10,792 nucleotides of DNA from Myxococcales bacterium (GTDB lineage: Bacteria; Myxococcota; Myxococcia; Myxococcales; Anaeromyxobacteraceae). The stretch spans positions 1-10,792 of the forward strand of contig JBBQEB010000129.1 in NCBI GenBank assembly GCA_038320275.1. The letters run 5' to 3'. Shown piece by piece: positions 7,546 through 10,792 of the stretch. The first letter of the stretch is position 1, and each line of letters starts with the position of its first letter. The notes under the pieces are model-generated. The model was given only the letters and a program-made list of their open reading frames with translations. It was not told the origin of the DNA and ran no database searches. The position numbers and the translations under genes are program-made.

Positions 7546-7569
7546 TTCTCTCGCCTGGGCGATCCGCCC

Positions 7570-8322
7570 TCATTTCCAGAGCAACAGCTTCAGGGCGAAG
7601 AGGGTCCCGTAGGCCACCACCACGCCCCGCAGGAGCTTCGCCGGGAGCCGCTGCGCGATGTGCGACCCCAGGAAGCCCCCCACGATCGCACAGACGGCCA
7701 TGAAGGCCGCCTCGCGCAGGCGGGCCGCGCGCGCGGCGAGAAAGTACAGGGCGGCGATCCCGTTGATGGCGGTGGCGAAGAGGATCTTGAGGCCGTTCGC
7801 CGCCTGGATGCTCTGCGGGATGAAGATGGCCATGCCGGCCAGCATCAGGATGCCGATACCCGCCCCGAAGTAGCCGCCGTACACCGCGATGCAGAACTGC
7901 GCGACCCAGAGCGGCGCCGGAACCCGCCGGCTCTCTCCGCCGCGCCCGGTCGCGATCCAGCGCGCCACCGGCGCCTGCAGCGTCAGCAGCGCGCAGGCGA
8001 AGAGGATGAGCCACGGGACCACGGCGTCGAAGGCGTTCTGCGGCGTGTGGAGCAGGAGCACCGAGCCCGCCAGCCCGCCCAGGAGCGACGGTATTGCCAG
8101 CACGGTGGCCCGGTGGCGCTCCCTCGAGATGATCTCCTTGTACGGCCAGAGCGAGGCGATCGAGCCGGGCCACATGGCGACGGTGTTGGTGGCGTTCGCT
8201 ACCACCGACGGCATGCCCGTATGCAGGAGCGCCGGGAAGGAGATGAGCGACCCTCCCCCCGCGACGGCGTTGAGGATTCCAGCCACGAACGCAGCCACCG
8301 CCATCAGCAGCCAGGAGGTCAC
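7570..8322 (-). CDS. Sulfite exporter TauE/SafE (TSUP) family membrane transporter
   Basis: AGILNAVAGGGSLISFPAL, ANATN, YGGYFGAGIGIL and ANGLK, with about 8 hydrophobic segments. Start probably GTG 8322 (250 aa) or ATG 8304 rather than 8409. Confidence 0.92.
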   Translation of the reverse strand: MTSWLLMAVAAFVAGILNAVAGGGSLISFPALLHTGMPSVVANATNTVAMWPGSIASLWPYKEIISRERHRATVLAIPSLLGGLAGSVLLLHTPQNAFDAVVPWLILFACALLTLQAPVARWIATGRGGESRRVPAPLWVAQFCIAVYGGYFGAGIGILMLAGMAIFIPQSIQAANGLKILFATAINGIAALYFLAARAARLREAAFMAVCAIVGGFLGSHIAQRLPAKLLRGVVVAYGTLFALKLLLWK

Positions 8323-8327
8323 GCCAC

Positions 8328-8333
8328 ATTGTA
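8328..8333 (-). promoter_or_regulatory. -10 element for TauE/SafE gene, possibly leaderless
   Basis: Minus strand TACAAT (5/6 match to TATAAT) 5 nt before GTG 8322, with no SD in between. Confidence 0.5.
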
Positions 8334-8379
8334 GCCCGCCGGCGCGGCCGCGCACCGCGCATGCTGGCGAGCGGGCGCA

Positions 8380-8406
8380 GAGAAACGTAGATTTCTCGGC
8401 GGGAGG
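8380..8406 (+). promoter_or_regulatory. Inverted repeat enclosing a -10-like hexamer, plus RBS of the small hypothetical gene
   Basis: GAGAAA-CGTAGA-TTTCTC (8380-8397) contains TAGATT (8388-8393). GGGAGG at 8401-8406 lies 8 nt before ATG 8415. Confidence 0.5.
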
Positions 8407-8414
8407 CACAGACG

Positions 8415-8738
8415 ATGACGACGACCGACCGCGGGGCCATCATCCACTTCGCCGGCTTTCACCATCTCTCCCCCGCCCTCGACGGCAAGGGGATGCCGGC
8501 CTTCTCCGAGGAGGCGAGCCCCGAGCTGAAGCGCTGCGGCTGGGCCACCTTCTTCGAGGCGGCCGGCTCGCGCGGGCTGGCGATGTCCTACGCGCTCGAA
8601 GACGGGGCGTCCGCCCGCTTCGTCGCGGGGCGCGAGGCGCACGACGAGGGCGCGCCGACGCACGGCCTGGGCGAAGCCATCGCGCACTCCCGCCGCTTCC
8701 TCGCGAACCTGTTCCCGGAGAAGCCGGCAGGCTCGTAG
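8415..8738 (+). CDS. Hypothetical protein (107 aa)
   Basis: Good RBS, G/C-ending codons and ordinary globular composition. It fits exactly between the TauE gene and the rnr stop. Confidence 0.85.
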   Translation: MTTTDRGAIIHFAGFHHLSPALDGKGMPAFSEEASPELKRCGWATFFEAAGSRGLAMSYALEDGASARFVAGREAHDEGAPTHGLGEAIAHSRRFLANLFPEKPAGS

Positions 8739-8749
8739 GAGGGTTCGGG

Positions 8750-10792
8750 TCAGCGGCGGCGGGAACCCTTCTTTGCACTGCCACCCCCAGCCCGGTGGCC
8801 CGCCTTGCTGGATCGATGTCCGCCCCGCCCGGTCTTCTCGCCGTGCGCGGGGGAAGATCCCGCCCGCGTCTTTCCGCCGTGCGCGGGGGAGGACCCAGCC
8901 CGCGCCTTTCCGCCCAACGCGCGCTTGACGGGGCGCGCTCGCGAAACCTCCACGCCACGCGCTGCGCGAGCGCCGCGGGCCTGGCCTCCGGGCGACCTCG
9001 CACCTCCGCGACCGAAGGCCGTCTCCCGCCCACGGGGTGCCTCCAGCGCCTGCCCCGCCTCCACCAGCGCGAGGTCGATCTGCCGCCGGGCCGGGCTGGC
9101 AGCGACCACCTCGACCTCCATCGGGTCTCCGACGCGGAACGACCGTCCGGTGCCGACCTGCACCAGCGCGTGAAGGTCGGGGTCGAGGTCGAACCCCTCC
9201 CCCAGGCTCTCCGCCTTCACCAGCCCCTCCACGAACCAGGGCTGGATCTCCACGAACAGCCCGAACTCCACCACGCTCGCGACCGTGCCCTGGAAACGCT
9301 GCCCGACCTTGTCCTGCATGAAGAGCGCTGCATAGAAGCCGTCGATCTCTCGCTCGGCCTGCATGGCGGCGCGCTCGCGCTCCGAGCAGAGCGTCGCGAT
9401 CTCCTCCAGCTCTGGGAGCGGCGGCGCGCGGTGGCCCGCCTCGGCCGGCTCGCTCATCGGCGCATCTCCCTCGGCCTCGCGCTTGCGGCGGCGCGCGCCC
9501 GCCGGCGCCTCCTCGCCCCGGCTCCACCCGGCCTTCAGGAGGCGGTGCACCATGAGGTCCGGGTAGCGGCGGATGGGCGAGGTGAAGTGCAGGTAGTGCT
9601 CGGCCGCGAGCCCGTAGTGGCCGATGTTCACCGGCGTGTAGACGGCCTGCATCATGGCGCGCAGGAGGAGCTGGTTCAGCGCGCGCTGCTGGGTGTGGCC
9701 CTCGAAGGCGTGAAGGAGGGCGTTGAGCTGTTTCGGGCCGAGCGGGCCGTCCGGCACCTCGAACCCGTGCGTGCGCGCGAGCTTGCGAAACGCTTCCAGC
9801 TTCATTTCGTCCGGCAGGCCGTGCACGCGGTAGACGGTGGGCCGGGCGCGCTCGGCGAAGGTGCGCGCCACCGCCTCGTTCGCGGCGAGCATGAGCTCCT
9901 CGACCACCCGGTGGGCGCGGTTGCGCGGCCGGCGCTCGATGCCGGCCACGGCGCCGTCCTCCGCGAGCACCACCTTCGACTCCGGGATGTCGAAGTCGAT
10001 GGCGCCGCGGCGCGAGCGCATCGCGGTGAGCTTCTCCTGCAGCTCCGCCATGAGCTGGAACTGCTTGCGCAGCGCCTCGCGCTGTGGCACCGCTTCGCCG
10101 TCGAGAACGCGCGCCACCTCGGTGTAGGTGCAGCGTGCGGCGCTCCGCATCACGCCCTCGTAGAGGTCGGTCTCGAGAGGCCCGCCGCGGTCGTCGAGGA
10201 GGAGGTCGGCCACCATGCAAAGCCGATCGACTGCAGGGTTGAGGGAGCAGATGCCGTTCGAGAGCCGCTCCGGCAGCATGGGCAACACCTGCGCCGGGAA
10301 GTACACGCTCGTCCCGCGGCGCAGCGCCTCGACGTCCAGCGCCGTCCCCGAGCGGACGTAGTGCGCCACGTCCGCGATGGCGACCACCAGCCGGTAGCGC
10401 GCCTTGCCCCGCCCTGTCACGCGCTCGACGTGCACCGCATCGTCGAAGTCGCGGGCGTCCTCCCCGTCGATGGTGACGAGGCGAAGGCTGGTGAGGTCGC
10501 GCCGGCCGCGGCGATCCTCGGGGCGCACCTCGGCAGGAACGGCCTCCGCCTCCGCGCGAACGCTGTCCGGAAAGAGGTCGGAGAAGCCCTTGGCGTAGGC
10601 GACCTTCAGCACCTCCACCTTGGGGTCGCCGGGCCGTCCCACCCGCTCGACCACCGTGCCCGTGAGCTTGGCCGCGCCGGGCTCGAGCGCGACCTTCACC
10701 ACCTCGCCATCCTCCGCGAGCGGGCTCTCGGGAACGGCCACGGTGCCTTCGAGGTCGTCGTCCGCGGGCACGACGAAGCTCGACCCTCCGCG
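8750..10792 (-). CDS. rnr: Ribonuclease R (RNB + S1 + basic tail), 5' end outside window
   Basis: Catalytic TIDGEDARDFDDAV, RGTSVY, LSNGICSL, EELMLAAN and HYGLA...HFTSPIRRYPDLMVHR, S1 domain FGLFVEI...VEGLV, and a Lys/Arg/Gly-rich tail. The frame stays open to the window edge (RGGSSFVVPADD), so 10771 is not the true start. Confidence 0.96.
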   Translation of the reverse strand, partial: RGGSSFVVPADDDLEGTVAVPESPLAEDGEVVKVALEPGAAKLTGTVVERVGRPGDPKVEVLKVAYAKGFSDLFPDSVRAEAEAVPAEVRPEDRRGRRDLTSLRLVTIDGEDARDFDDAVHVERVTGRGKARYRLVVAIADVAHYVRSGTALDVEALRRGTSVYFPAQVLPMLPERLSNGICSLNPAVDRLCMVADLLLDDRGGPLETDLYEGVMRSAARCTYTEVARVLDGEAVPQREALRKQFQLMAELQEKLTAMRSRRGAIDFDIPESKVVLAEDGAVAGIERRPRNRAHRVVEELMLAANEAVARTFAERARPTVYRVHGLPDEMKLEAFRKLARTHGFEVPDGPLGPKQLNALLHAFEGHTQQRALNQLLLRAMMQAVYTPVNIGHYGLAAEHYLHFTSPIRRYPDLMVHRLLKAGWSRGEEAPAGARRRKREAEGDAPMSEPAEAGHRAPPLPELEEIATLCSERERAAMQAEREIDGFYAALFMQDKVGQRFQGTVASVVEFGLFVEIQPWFVEGLVKAESLGEGFDLDPDLHALVQVGTGRSFRVGDPMEVEVVAASPARRQIDLALVEAGQALEAPRGRETAFGRGGARSPGGQARGARAARGVEVSRARPVKRALGGKARAGSSPAHGGKTRAGSSPAHGEKTGRGGHRSSKAGHRAGGGSAKKGSRRR
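8832..8915. repeat. In-frame 36-bp tandem repeat (about 2.3 copies) in the RNase R tail
   Basis: GTCTTCTCGCCGTGCGCGGGGGAAGATCCCGCCCGC (8832-8867), GTCTTTCCGCCGTGCGCGGGGGAGGACCCAGCCCGC (8868-8903) and partial GCCTTTCCGCCC. It encodes GGKARAGSSPAH-GGKTRAGSSPAH-GEKT. Confidence 0.85.

Noticed and set aside
7551..7569. Small hairpins between the convergent CBS and TauE stops
   Set aside because: Only 5-bp stems with 2-3 nt loops and no U tract; expected by chance at this GC content.
8738..8774. Terminator between the hypothetical gene and rnr (GGAGGGTTC...GAACCCTTC-TTT)
   Set aside because: A 9-bp stem but a 16-nt loop and a short T tract, overlapping rnr coding sequence; too weak to call.
8832..8903. 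CRISPR array
   Set aside because: Only two units, no spacer-length unique sequence, no cas genes, and the repeat is in frame within rnr.
8319..10220. 633-aa alternative-frame ORF on the rnr strand
   Set aside because: Low-complexity Arg/Ala/Gly off-frame product of rnr that also runs antisense across the 107-aa gene.
3081..10792. MutS2 and RNase R as a joint ribosome-rescue operon
   Set aside because: They are on opposite strands and separated by four unrelated genes; proximity alone is not evidence.

Overview
Very GC-rich bacterial chromosomal window; gene content and codon style suggest Myxococcota, Anaeromyxobacter-like (inference only). On the minus strand at left is an envelope cluster: TPR lipoprotein, a 57-aa membrane-type peptide, a PimA-like GT4 glycosyltransferase, and a membrane-anchored CE4 polysaccharide deacetylase that runs off the window edge and is absent from the ORF track. 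Divergent from it are mutS2, a 21-bp-period repeat, a DcaP-like outer-membrane porin, a strong hairpin and a stand-alone AcuB-like CBS-pair protein. These are followed by a convergent TauE/SafE transporter, a small hypothetical protein and the 3' part of RNase R. I found no mobile element, RNA gene or true CRISPR array. The best leads are (i) a candidate cationic amino-sugar glycolipid pathway whose GT4 has two non-canonical donor-site residues, (ii) a porin/CBS module in which both CBS motifs lack the conserved ribose-binding Asp, and (iii) the helically phased repeat upstream of the porin.
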